Positions 27,491 to 36,895 of a DNA stretch of 64,000 nt are shown piece after piece; the first letter of the stretch is position 1; each line of letters begins with the position of its first letter. The stretch comes from an uncultured Bacteroidales bacterium (lineage in GTDB: Bacteria; Bacteroidota; Bacteroidia; Bacteroidales; UBA4417). The notes under the pieces are model-generated. The model did not search any database. It saw only the letters and a program-made list of their open reading frames with translations, and was not told the DNA's origin. The stretch is from assembly GCA_903864265.1 (NCBI GenBank), contig CAIPFN010000211.1, positions 6,837-70,836 of the forward strand, read 5' to 3'. A program made the translations under genes and the position numbers.

Positions 27491-30019
27491 ATGAAAAAGC
27501 TTTACGTCTTAATCAGCCTGGTAGTACTTTTAGCACATGCAGGAAATTCCCAAACCTGGGAAAAGATTTACACCGGGTATAATTACATACTCAAGGGAAT
27601 CGAATTCCCGGGTGGCCAGGGCCAGGTAGGCTGGGCCGGGGGACAATCGTTGACCTATATGGGAGATGGAATCGTGATAAAGACAACCAATGGCGGCATC
27701 TCCTGGACCCAACTCTGGACCGGCTCGCAACAAGGTTTGGAAGGAATCAGTTTCCCGGATATGAATACCGGTTATATTGGGGGGTGGAGCGGTTATTTTG
27801 CCAAAACCACCGACGGCGGGCTCACGTGGACGCCTCAGAACCCCGGCACGGATATTTATTATTATACCGATGTGGTGTTTAAGGATGCAACCCATGGTGT
27901 GGTCACTGCCCAAACCAATACGGGTATTGGCGTATACTCCACCAGCAACGGTGGAACCACCTGGGTTACCGGAACCGGATTAACGGGAGTTCCATACAAG
28001 CTTTGCTTTGTATCAGGGAATACCTATTTCCTGGTTACCAACGGAGGTGATATACAGAAATCAACGGATGGAGGTTTAAGCTGGGCAACGGTTTATGCTG
28101 CTGGCGGACTCCTGCTTGGAATTGATTTCTATAACCCGCTTATCGGCATTGCTGCCGGCGAAGATGGACGAATCATTAAAACCTACGACGGAGGTGCCAC
28201 CTGGCAGCAACAGGTAATAGCTTTCGGGCAGCCCTTATGGCACGACTTTGCCTGGGCCAGTCAGGATGAAGTGTATGCCTGCGGAACGCCTGAATTTGTT
28301 TTTAAATCGCTTGACGGCGGTTCAACCTGGGTGGACGATTATCCTCAGAGTACCTATAATCCTGCCTTGTACGAGATCATGTACACCCCTGATGGAATAG
28401 GGCTGATGTGCGGTTCGCAGGGATGGTTTTACCGTAAGGTGCCTGTGGTTACGGCTGCTTTTACGGCCAGTACCACTCATGTGTGTAATGGAGGCAGCGT
28501 TCAGTTCACCGATCAGTCTATAGGTTCGCCTACTGCCTGGAACTGGACTTTTGCCGGTGGAAATCCTGCCACATCAACACTACAGAACCCCCTGGTAACC
28601 TACACAACACCGGGAAATTATGATGTTACCCTGCTGGTCAGCAAAGGATCAATAACCAATACCTTATCAAATCCCGGAATGATCCATGTTGAAGCCCCGG
28701 TAACGGTTGCACCTTCCCAGGCCAGCGGTCCGACGGCTATCTGTGGTTCATTCAATTACGACTACCTTACAACAGCGGTGCCGGCCGCCACAAGTTACAG
28801 CTGGACTGCCGATCCCATTAATGCCGGTGTATTTTCGGGAACTGGTTTAACGGGTACGCTTGCCGCTTCCAATCTCTGGAATGGCAATTTCACGGTTAAG
28901 GTTTCCGGTGTAAGTGCCTGTGGTGCAGGTCCGTCGTCGGCTGCATTGAATGTGGTTCTGACTCACCAGCCCAATGCCTATTTCCTGTTTACCGGGGGCG
29001 GATATTGTGCAGGGCAGGCGGGTTATGAAATCAAACTTTCCAATTCGGATATTGGGGTCAATTACCAGTTGTATAAAGATGGCGTTGCCTCCGGACCACT
29101 TGTACCCGGCACGGGAAGTATGCTGAGTTTCGGGTTTCAAACGGCCGGGGATTATACCGTAAGCGGTGTAAACGGATCATGTTCAGCAAGCATGCAGGGA
29201 ACTTCCAGCGTTTACCTCATCGACCCGCCTGCCACGGCATCTATGCCAGGAGGTGCAGCAAGCAGCTGTAATAATACCCCTTCTACTTTTACGGCATCCT
29301 TACCAGCCAATGCTTTAACGCTGGTGTGGACCCTGTCGCCTCCGGGTGCCGGAAGCATTTCGCAACCCAATTCCACCACCGCTACCGTAAGCTGGAATAC
29401 CGGATTCTCAGGCATAGTGTCGGTTAGCGTTCAGGGGCAGAATGAGTGTGGTTTAGGAACAGCCTCAAATGCACTGAGTGTTACCGTTAACCCGGCTCCA
29501 GCTCCCGTAGCTGCAGGAATCGCAACAGTATGCAAAAACCAGGAGGTCACCTACACAACACTCTATAATGCAGGCAGTACGTATGCCTGGACGGTTACGG
29601 GAGGAAATATCGTTTCAGGACAGGGAAGTTCTCAGGTATCCATACTCTGGGTGAATACGGGTGCCGGCAGTGTTTCGGTAAGTGAAACAACGGCATCAGG
29701 TTGCAGCGGCCTTTCGCCTGCGCTTGCTGTTGCTGTTAACGAATGTACCGGTACGACTGAAAATAATGCGGAAGTTTATAACGTGTATCCCAATCCGGCT
29801 GAAGACCACCTGGATATTGTATTCAACTCAGATATGAAAACTCCGGTCGAAGTCACCATCTACAACTTTGCCGGTCAGCTTGTGGCCCGTTTTCCCGAAC
29901 CGGACATCAGCAACGTTCATAGTTTGAAAATTGATATCACAAATCTCAATACCGGTATTTATACCTTAAAGATCACGGGTCAAAACCTGACTCTAAGCAG
30001 GTTGTTTATCCGGAAATAG
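27491..30019 (+). CDS. T9SS-secreted protein: BNR/Asp-box beta-propeller + PKD + Cys-bracketed Ig-like repeats
   Basis: 842 aa with a signal peptide and six S/T-x-D/N-G-G-x-T/S-W Asp-box motifs (e.g. TTDGGLTWT, KSTDGGLSWA, SLDGGSTWV). A PKD module follows (VQFTDQS...WNWTFAGGNPATS...GNYDVTLLV). The C-terminus is a T9SS CTD (YNVYPNPAEDHLDIVF...GIYTLKI). Confidence 0.88.
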   Translation: MKKLYVLISLVVLLAHAGNSQTWEKIYTGYNYILKGIEFPGGQGQVGWAGGQSLTYMGDGIVIKTTNGGISWTQLWTGSQQGLEGISFPDMNTGYIGGWSGYFAKTTDGGLTWTPQNPGTDIYYYTDVVFKDATHGVVTAQTNTGIGVYSTSNGGTTWVTGTGLTGVPYKLCFVSGNTYFLVTNGGDIQKSTDGGLSWATVYAAGGLLLGIDFYNPLIGIAAGEDGRIIKTYDGGATWQQQVIAFGQPLWHDFAWASQDEVYACGTPEFVFKSLDGGSTWVDDYPQSTYNPALYEIMYTPDGIGLMCGSQGWFYRKVPVVTAAFTASTTHVCNGGSVQFTDQSIGSPTAWNWTFAGGNPATSTLQNPLVTYTTPGNYDVTLLVSKGSITNTLSNPGMIHVEAPVTVAPSQASGPTAICGSFNYDYLTTAVPAATSYSWTADPINAGVFSGTGLTGTLAASNLWNGNFTVKVSGVSACGAGPSSAALNVVLTHQPNAYFLFTGGGYCAGQAGYEIKLSNSDIGVNYQLYKDGVASGPLVPGTGSMLSFGFQTAGDYTVSGVNGSCSASMQGTSSVYLIDPPATASMPGGAASSCNNTPSTFTASLPANALTLVWTLSPPGAGSISQPNSTTATVSWNTGFSGIVSVSVQGQNECGLGTASNALSVTVNPAPAPVAAGIATVCKNQEVTYTTLYNAGSTYAWTVTGGNIVSGQGSSQVSILWVNTGAGSVSVSETTASGCSGLSPALAVAVNECTGTTENNAEVYNVYPNPAEDHLDIVFNSDMKTPVEVTIYNFAGQLVARFPEPDISNVHSLKIDITNLNTGIYTLKITGQNLTLSRLFIRK

Positions 30020-30043
30020 CTGTTCGTTTCCATTTCAAAATGA

Positions 30044-30074
30044 ACTGACCGCCTTCTGACCGGAGGCGGTCAGT
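30044..30074. terminator. Hairpin between convergent genes (cargo gene / nhaA)
   Basis: 11-bp stem ACTGACCGCCT / AGGCGGTCAGT with a 9-nt loop. The flanking T/A tracts are weak on both strands. Confidence 0.5.
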
Positions 30075-30127
30075 GTCTTGTAAGCGAATGGCGAAACTTT
30101 GCAGGAGATCGTGAACAGAAGGCCACT

Positions 30128-31285
30128 TCAGGTTTGCCGGGTTTCGTCAACAGGTTCGGGAAGTGTCATTTTCAGGGTAACATAACCAACCAGGGCAGCC
30201 ATACCGGATGCGATAAGTATGGCAATTTTCGAACTGTTTACCAGCACATTGCTATCGAATGCAAGCAAGGTGATAAAGATGGACATGGTAAAACCAATCC
30301 CACCCAGGAGGCCCGCTCCCAGGATATGTTTCCATTTCAGACCTTCGGGCAAGGCAGCCAGTCCCAGCCAGGCTGCCAGGGAAGTGAAAAGTATTATTCC
30401 CAGTGGCTTTCCTGCAACCAGGCCTGTAAGTATCCCCATGCTGTTGCATGTGCCCAGGTTGCCTATCCAGTCACCTCCCAGGGCAATGCAGGTGTTGGCA
30501 AGGGCAAACAGGGGGAGGATAATGAATGCAACCGGTTTGTGCAAAAAGTGTTGAAGCAGGTAGGAAGGCGATTTTTCGCCTCCCTCGCCGAAGGGGATGA
30601 CAAAGGCGAGGACCACACCGGTGATGGCGGCATGAACCCCGGAATGCAGCATAAAATACCAGGCTAACACTCCTCCGGCCAGGTATGGAATAAGGTTATG
30701 CACTTTAAGGCGGTTCAGCACACCTAACACACCCAATATACCAACGGCCATGCCCAGATTCAGGAATGAAAGGGATGTGGTATAAAAAACGGCAATCACG
30801 ATAATGGCTCCCAGGTCATCGATCACAGCTAAAGCGGTTAGGAATATCTTAAGCGATGCCGGAACCCGTTTCCCGAGCAGGGATAAAATCCCGATGGCAA
30901 ACGCGATATCGGTGGCCATAGGTATTCCAGCTCCAGCCTGGGTAGGCCTTCCAAAATTGAATAGCAGGAAGATGCCGGCAGGCACAAGCATGCCTCCCAA
31001 AGCACCGAAAAGGGGAAGGGAAGCATTTTTAATATCCAAGAGTTCTCCCTGGTAAATCTCCCTTTCCAGCTCCAGGCCGATTAAAAGAAAAAAGATAGTC
31101 ATCAGGCCATCGTTAATCCAATGAACCAGACTATGCCCGGCAAGATCGTAATTCCACAACCGGGTATACCCTGCCTGAAAGGCGGAATTAGCAAGCAGCA
31201 GCGAAAGAACTGTTGCAACAACAAGTATAATCCCGCCGGCCTTTTCACTATCGAAAAATTCGCGGAACAAGTGTGTAAGCCGCAT
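30128..31285 (-). CDS. nhaA: Na+/H+ antiporter NhaA
   Basis: 385 aa, multi-TM. NhaA signature contexts are present: IPMATDIAFAIG and AVIDDLGAIIVIA (the DD pair). Confidence 0.93.
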   Translation of the reverse strand: MRLTHLFREFFDSEKAGGIILVVATVLSLLLANSAFQAGYTRLWNYDLAGHSLVHWINDGLMTIFFLLIGLELEREIYQGELLDIKNASLPLFGALGGMLVPAGIFLLFNFGRPTQAGAGIPMATDIAFAIGILSLLGKRVPASLKIFLTALAVIDDLGAIIVIAVFYTTSLSFLNLGMAVGILGVLGVLNRLKVHNLIPYLAGGVLAWYFMLHSGVHAAITGVVLAFVIPFGEGGEKSPSYLLQHFLHKPVAFIILPLFALANTCIALGGDWIGNLGTCNSMGILTGLVAGKPLGIILFTSLAAWLGLAALPEGLKWKHILGAGLLGGIGFTMSIFITLLAFDSNVLVNSSKIAILIASGMAALVGYVTLKMTLPEPVDETRQT

Positions 31286-31428
31286 AAATACTATATCCCG
31301 TTTAAGTGTATTTCGTTCTACGATTTCATCGCGTCAGGCTGTGAGAGGAACTTGATCAGGTTATTCATGCCGGCCTGGTGCGGACCTTAAACAAGGTTCA
31401 GCAGATTATTTTCAAAATCCATCAGTAA

Positions 31429-32850
31429 TCAGTGCGAATACATGTCGATGACCTCCGTTATGGCCCTGGTACAGGCCGGGCAGAATTCCTGCCGGTTGCG
31501 GGTAAACATAATGCAGTCGAGCGCTGATCGATAGAGACCGAATTGCATATAATTGCCTCCTTCGAAAGCACCGGCAGCATCCTTGTATTTGTTCTTCCCA
31601 AACATTTCGAGGGTGGTCTTTTTCTCACGTTCGAACAAATTCTCCATCTCCGTTTCAGGCACATTGGCGGCACGTAAGGCGCGTCTCTCCTTTTGTATGC
31701 CATAACTAAAGTTGTCGAATTCAGTCTTGTCCCAGGGCGTAGGAACAGGGGTACCCGGTTTTACGAGATCCTTCCATTTCAGCTTAGCCGGATCCAGCAG
31801 GGCGGTAACATTGGGTTCCCAGGGTTCGACGGTAACAGCAGCCGGCTGGTACGAAACATCCGAAGTGTAATATTCATCGGCCAGGGCGGCAAAGCAGTGG
31901 CCGAACTCATGCACAAAAATATATTTCGAGAACTTGTTGTCGGCGGCAACGGTGGAGTACAGGTTAAAAATACCTCCGCCTCCGTATGTGCGTTCGTTGA
32001 TCAGGATAAACATATAATCGTAAGGTACCGTGGCTGCCACATCGCGAAGGGTTCGGTTATCGTACGAAAGTGCATAGCGTTCCGAATCGAACGCCCCGTA
32101 CGACATGGAAAGCGGGGTTCGGTTAAAAACACCGGGATGAGGTTTATTCACCCCGCTGCTGGCCGAAGGCGTTTCAACAGCCCTCACGTTGAAATCGGCT
32201 TTACGCGATTTGTATGGCTCAACGGTAAATAACTCATCGGTAAGGGTAGCCACATCTTTATGAAACTTATCCATTTCGGCAGCCGTGTAACCATCCCCAA
32301 GAATAACAATGTCAACATGAGTGCTGGTTTTGCCGTTTTCGATATACGGGAAGCTTTTATAGGTGCTTTTGAGTACGGAAGGGTTTACAATCCGCGACTT
32401 CGGATCAACGACCATACTCCATATTGCTACGAAGTTATTTTTCGCATCCCGCTTTTCGATGGTGAGTTTCACCGGTAACAGGGGCCATGGAAATCGCAAT
32501 GACTCATGAAAAGTGCCCCAGGAAGGATCGCCTGTGCTCTGCCACTCGCCAAAAACACTGGCAAAGCCACGGCTGTAAAGAAGCGTATTCGTGGCGGTAT
32601 CGGTAATTTTGAAAAAGTACAAACCCCGGTTTAGCTCATCCAGCAGTACCGTTTCACTTCCGGCCCACGGACCGTCGTTCAGTATACGGTCGAGAGAAAA
32701 GTGCTCTTCCGCAGCAGTGCCGGTATGAAAATAATCCACCCGCATGGTGAGACCGGTAAAATACCGACTGAAGTTAACGCTGGCATTTTTTTGTGCAAAA
32801 GATTGGGCACTCAGAGCCAAAGTCAGAAAAAGAATGGAGATTTTTTTCAT
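31429..32850 (-). CDS. M64-family (IgA-peptidase-like) zinc metallopeptidase
   Basis: 473 aa with a signal peptide. The HEFGHCFAALADEY zinc motif is characteristic of M64. Confidence 0.85.
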   Translation of the reverse strand: MKKISILFLTLALSAQSFAQKNASVNFSRYFTGLTMRVDYFHTGTAAEEHFSLDRILNDGPWAGSETVLLDELNRGLYFFKITDTATNTLLYSRGFASVFGEWQSTGDPSWGTFHESLRFPWPLLPVKLTIEKRDAKNNFVAIWSMVVDPKSRIVNPSVLKSTYKSFPYIENGKTSTHVDIVILGDGYTAAEMDKFHKDVATLTDELFTVEPYKSRKADFNVRAVETPSASSGVNKPHPGVFNRTPLSMSYGAFDSERYALSYDNRTLRDVAATVPYDYMFILINERTYGGGGIFNLYSTVAADNKFSKYIFVHEFGHCFAALADEYYTSDVSYQPAAVTVEPWEPNVTALLDPAKLKWKDLVKPGTPVPTPWDKTEFDNFSYGIQKERRALRAANVPETEMENLFEREKKTTLEMFGKNKYKDAAGAFEGGNYMQFGLYRSALDCIMFTRNRQEFCPACTRAITEVIDMYSH

Positions 32851-33464
32851 GGATTAATATTTTATTTTTTTATGGCCCTTTGTAACTTCTTACGAGCTGC
32901 TTATTTAAAGGTTTTTACGCATGTGGTAAAGGCTATAAACCGAAGATTCGCCGGGTTGAATATGATTTCATCACAGCAGGTGATGGTTACCGTGGTGGCT
33001 GTTTCAACACTGGCCATTTTTTAATGAATGTAAAATTATCAATTATTCGCGAATGAGTCCTATATTAAATGTACGATTTCTTTAGAGTGTTGAAATGACG
33101 GGGTTCATCCTTTTCCTTGCCTGTTTTTACCCGGTATTTATGCACTAAACCTGCCCGGAATCATTTATAGAATTTATTATATCTCATTGTTTGCCAATTA
33201 CATGCAGTACATACGATATACTCAGTTCTGGAAACAAATTTACAATGGTATTCGATTTTCAACTAAGCCCTGTTCATTTTGAGCTGGGGACTGACCACTT
33301 CAGGTTTTCGGACAAAAACGGACCCGCCGTTAAAAATGTGGGTAATTCAGTTAATGAGGCATATTTAATATATTCATAATCAGACAATAGCATGATTTTT
33401 TGTTTCCCGTCTAAAACCTTCGTATTTTCATTACTACATAAATGAATATCTCAAATCACAAACT

Positions 33465-34322
33465 ATGAAACAAACTTTTCTGTTTGCTATACTGTATGTC
33501 GAAAATTAGGGGGCAGGGCTGGGCTATCCCAGCGCACACTGTAAAAGTACCCATGCCTCCGGCATAAGCCTGTGTGCCGAAAGCAACAGTACGGATGCCA
33601 CATCAGTATTTGTAAATGCCATAGGAACATCAGGATCGAATGCCACTTTTGCCAAATTTTTCGACGGCGGCAACAGCGACCTGATCAGGATGGATAACAA
33701 CGACGGATTATGCGCGGGCCGTATCAAACTGTTTGGAAATTCGAGCGGGAACGGCGGAGGCGGTTTCGCCCTGGGAAGTAACTCCTTTGGGTTGATACTG
33801 GGATCGATTGCTCAGAACGCCGGAATTTCAACCTATATTGCCAATGCTTATATTGACGGTTCCGGAAACCAAAGGCTGGTTTCCTGGTATGATGCCAACG
33901 TTTCGCTGGGAAGTTCATCATACCGGTGGACATCCGTGTGGTCAACCAACGGAGTGATTCAAACCTCCGACGAACGCGACAAACAGAATATACAATCACT
34001 GAAATACGGCATCAGTTCGGTGATGAGTCTTAATCCTGTCAGTTTTGAATGGGAAAAAGAGAAAAGCCGTTTAGGCACGGGCACTAATCTGGGCTTTATT
34101 GCACAGGAACTGGAAAAAGTAATTCCTGCCGCTGTCATTCATTCCACGGCTTCGTCCGAAGAAATTGAATCCGCCGCCAAGGCAGGCCGCGGAACCATAG
34201 AAGCGGATACCTATGGCGTAAAATACAGCGAAATCATACCTGTGCTGACGAAAGCCATACAGGAACAGCAGGCCCAGATTGAAGAACTGAAAAAAGAAGT
34301 TCAGGCTTTGAAAAACAAATAA
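33465..34322 (+). pseudogene. Tail-fibre-like protein with S74 intramolecular-chaperone domain, interrupted by an in-frame TAG at 33507-33509
   Basis: ATG 33465 (MKQTFLFAILYVEN) is in the same frame as ORF 33690..34322. Protein-like sequence (…NSTDATSVFVNAIGTSGSNATFAKFFDGGNSDLIR-M…) runs continuously from the codon after the TAG. The C-terminal domain has the autocleavage context TSDERDK (Ser 33966-33968, Lys 33981-33983), GFIAQELEKVIP and a terminal coiled coil. Confidence 0.6.
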
Positions 34323-34505
34323 TCCTCCCGGGGAATTCAGGTTAAGGTTAAGGTTGGGATTTAGTTCCCAATTTCAACCTTTTCTGTTTCATCTCACTCA
34401 AAGGAAAATGCCATAGGCTCATAAAAGATTCATTGGAAACGGACAGGGGGCCTTCTGCTGTATGGAATTAAACAGTACTAACCAATTACAGATGGTTTGT
34501 TTCTG

Positions 34506-35894
34506 TTACTTCACCAGTACCAGGTAGCCTTTCGATGGAAGACTCACCTCATCGTCACCTTTAAGAGTATAGGAAATATTGCTCAGCAAATCCGTGTAAA
34601 TCCCTGCATACCGCCTGGAGTTGAGTTTCACCGTCACTCGTTTTTCGCCAAAGTTGATCAGCGTGATGACTCTTTCTCCGTTTTTCTCCCTCGCGAAGGA
34701 GAGTACCTGTGAGGGTTTGTCGTTATATATCCGCAGCATTTCCCCTCCCGAATCTCCATTCCACAAAGCCTGGTTTTTATGCTTCAGCGCGAAGAGTTTC
34801 TTATACATATCGAAAAACGGGTGCTTCTTCCATTCAATCGGATCTTTGTCGAAAAATTTGAGCGAACGGTTCAGTCCGGCTTCCTGCCCGCTGTAAACCA
34901 ACGGCATTCCATTCACGGTGCATGCCAGTACCATACAGGCTTTCAGTCCATCGCCGAAGTTCGAAAACTGGTTACCTTCCCAGGCATTTTTATCGTGATT
35001 GTCGGTAAATGTCATACGGTAAGCATCGTTTGGAAAGGTATTCACATCGTGCGCCATATATTCCACCAAACCGCCAATTGGTTTCCGGCCGGTGGTTACT
35101 TCTTTCATTTTATCCCAGAGGCTCCAGGAGTAGGTCATGTCGAAAGCTTTTTTATGCAGGTCTCTCGATTCCCATTCGGCCAGCATAAATACCGGTTTGA
35201 CGGCATCCAGTTCAACCCTGGCGTTTTCCCAGAAATCAAGGGGAATAAACCCCGCCACATCGCAGCGGTACCCGTCAATATCGGTTTCTTTCACCCAGTA
35301 GGTTAAAGCTTCCGTCATATATTTTCTCAGCCCGGGTTTAGTGTAGTCAAAATCAATAATGTCTTCCCAATCGTACCAGGGAGTAGGCTGAAATTTGCCT
35401 TCTGCCGTTCTGGTGTACCAGTCGGGATGTGCCTTTACCAGCTTGTTGTCCCAGGCCGAGTGATTGGCAACCCAGTCGATAATCACATGCATTCCCATCT
35501 CGTGTATTTTCCTTACCAGCGCCTTAAAATCATCCATGCTGCCAAACTCGGGGTTCACGGCATAATAATCTTTCACTGAATATTCACTGCCCAGCTTTCC
35601 CTTCCTGTTCTTCACACCTATGGGATTAACCGGCATGAGCCATATAATATCGACTCCCATTTCCTTTAAACGGGGCAGGTGTGCTTCGAAAGCCCTGAAA
35701 GTGCCTTCGGGGGTATATTGCCGGATATTCACCTCGTAAATGGTGGCATTGTGGCTCCAGGCGGGATGTTTTATTTCCACGTATTTTTTAGGGCTATACC
35801 TGCCATCAGCACCGGCCTCCTTCACTCCTTTATTGCAGTTCGAAAGAAGAAGCATCAGAAGGAAGATTCCGGCTGAAGTAAGATATTTATTCAT
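34506..35894 (-). CDS. GH13 alpha-amylase-family glycoside hydrolase (lipoprotein)
   Basis: 462 aa with lipobox LLLSNC. The four GH13 conserved regions are visible: DWVANH, GYRCDVAGF, FMLAEWE and FTDNHD. Confidence 0.92.
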   Translation of the reverse strand: MNKYLTSAGIFLLMLLLSNCNKGVKEAGADGRYSPKKYVEIKHPAWSHNATIYEVNIRQYTPEGTFRAFEAHLPRLKEMGVDIIWLMPVNPIGVKNRKGKLGSEYSVKDYYAVNPEFGSMDDFKALVRKIHEMGMHVIIDWVANHSAWDNKLVKAHPDWYTRTAEGKFQPTPWYDWEDIIDFDYTKPGLRKYMTEALTYWVKETDIDGYRCDVAGFIPLDFWENARVELDAVKPVFMLAEWESRDLHKKAFDMTYSWSLWDKMKEVTTGRKPIGGLVEYMAHDVNTFPNDAYRMTFTDNHDKNAWEGNQFSNFGDGLKACMVLACTVNGMPLVYSGQEAGLNRSLKFFDKDPIEWKKHPFFDMYKKLFALKHKNQALWNGDSGGEMLRIYNDKPSQVLSFAREKNGERVITLINFGEKRVTVKLNSRRYAGIYTDLLSNISYTLKGDDEVSLPSKGYLVLVK

Positions 35895-36202
35895 GGCACG
35901 AAATATTAATGTTAGTTTTTCAGGAACTGGAGTTTGCAGGATTTTACTTATAACGCACTTAGCGTCAACCTATTTTATCCGCTTGCCCTCAAATTTTTCA
36001 TTTTGTGGCATTTAAACCCGCATGTATTCAGGCTCTTTCAAATCAGGCGTGGCATCTCCCGTCAGCAAAATTATTCTTCGTAACGAGTTTAGCGCTTAAC
36101 TATGCTGCAGGAGGCTATGCCCGACGCCAAATCCGTATATCAGTCCCGTTGTGTTTATGCTCCCGTTTAACCCGACGGGTGGTGCATTGTAGCTTGTACT
36201 GT

Positions 36203-36220
36203 ACTTGCATGCATGCAAGT
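36203..36220. repeat. 18-bp perfect palindrome ACTTGCATGCATGCAAGT
   Basis: Read directly from the sequence; it is self-complementary over all 18 nt. It lies in the 1-kb ORF-poor gap between the amylase gene and the orphan operon. Confidence 0.9.
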
Positions 36221-36630
36221 GAAAATTACTAAACCATGGATTATGCTGTTGGTTTTCATGCATTTGCTTGTTACGATCTCCAACAGTCGCGCCTCAAAGG
36301 GACATGCCATGCATAAAATCATTTTCCCTGGGTTTAACATTTCGGAGCTGGCTCTTTTCAGAATGAGGGATGTTTCATCTTCATCCAATCCAACAGCCAG
36401 GGAATTGTTTCGTTCAAAAATAGTCTTTTTATGTGATGTAACCTGATTCGCCTGGTCGAAAATACGGTTGCCCGGGAAATAAACCAAATATCCGGCAGTA
36501 TATTCCTGGTTTTCACCTTTTCCTCCTGTATCTGTGCCCTGAATTCCCATACAAGAATGTTACAAGCTGATTCTCCAGGGGCAGGGATGCAGGAAGGTCA
36601 TTCGTAAATCCAGTAATAAACCCTCCCTCA

Positions 36631-36680
36631 ATGTGCTGAACAGCGGAGCACTGTGCATATAACTGCACATATTTTTTTTG
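36631..36680 (+). terminator. Terminator/attenuator-like hairpin plus T8 with no annotated upstream plus-strand gene
   Basis: TGTGCA (36652-36657) pairs with TGCACA (36664-36669). An alternative 5' arm is ATGTGC (36631-36636). The hairpin is followed by A-TTTTTTTT (36672-36679) and lies about 215 nt upstream of ATG 36896. Confidence 0.4.
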
Positions 36681-36895
36681 CTTTCCTTAATATTTAATGT
36701 ACTTTTACATTAAGATATCCCTCGTGGTCTCCGATCGACTTAGGCTGGTTTTCTTCCCCCAACTTTTATTCTGAATGAATTATCCCGGATTCCTGTGATC
36801 TAACCAGGAATTGGTCATAAACCCCTGCTGAAACACCGTGCTTTCAACAGGCAGGATACTGAGAAATTAGTATATCGTTTTAAATACCAATTGCC

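Noticed and set aside
31338-31376. TPP-riboswitch-like string CTGTGAGAGGAACTTGATCAGGTTATTCATGCCGGC on the plus strand.
   Set aside because: It only partially resembles the THI-box (CUGAGA...ACCUGAUCUGGAUAAUGCCAGC) and has a 3-nt insertion. It lies between two minus-strand genes, with no plus-strand gene to regulate.
33507-33509. TAG reassignment or programmed read-through as an explanation for the in-frame amber codon in the tail-fibre-like gene.
   Set aside because: TAG terminates the RND pump (94-96) and MFP (3544-3546) genes exactly where homologs end. It therefore functions as a stop in this genome. No recoding signal was evident.
36167-36550. 127-aa minus-strand ORF in the 1-kb gap. Plus-strand ORFs 36005..36232 and 36213..36446 overlap it.
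   Set aside because: It has no signal, motif or recognisable fold pattern and is bounded by a stop 4 codons upstream of its ATG. The overlapping plus-strand ORFs are equally unconvincing. I kept it only as a possible gene remnant in the leader-region finding.
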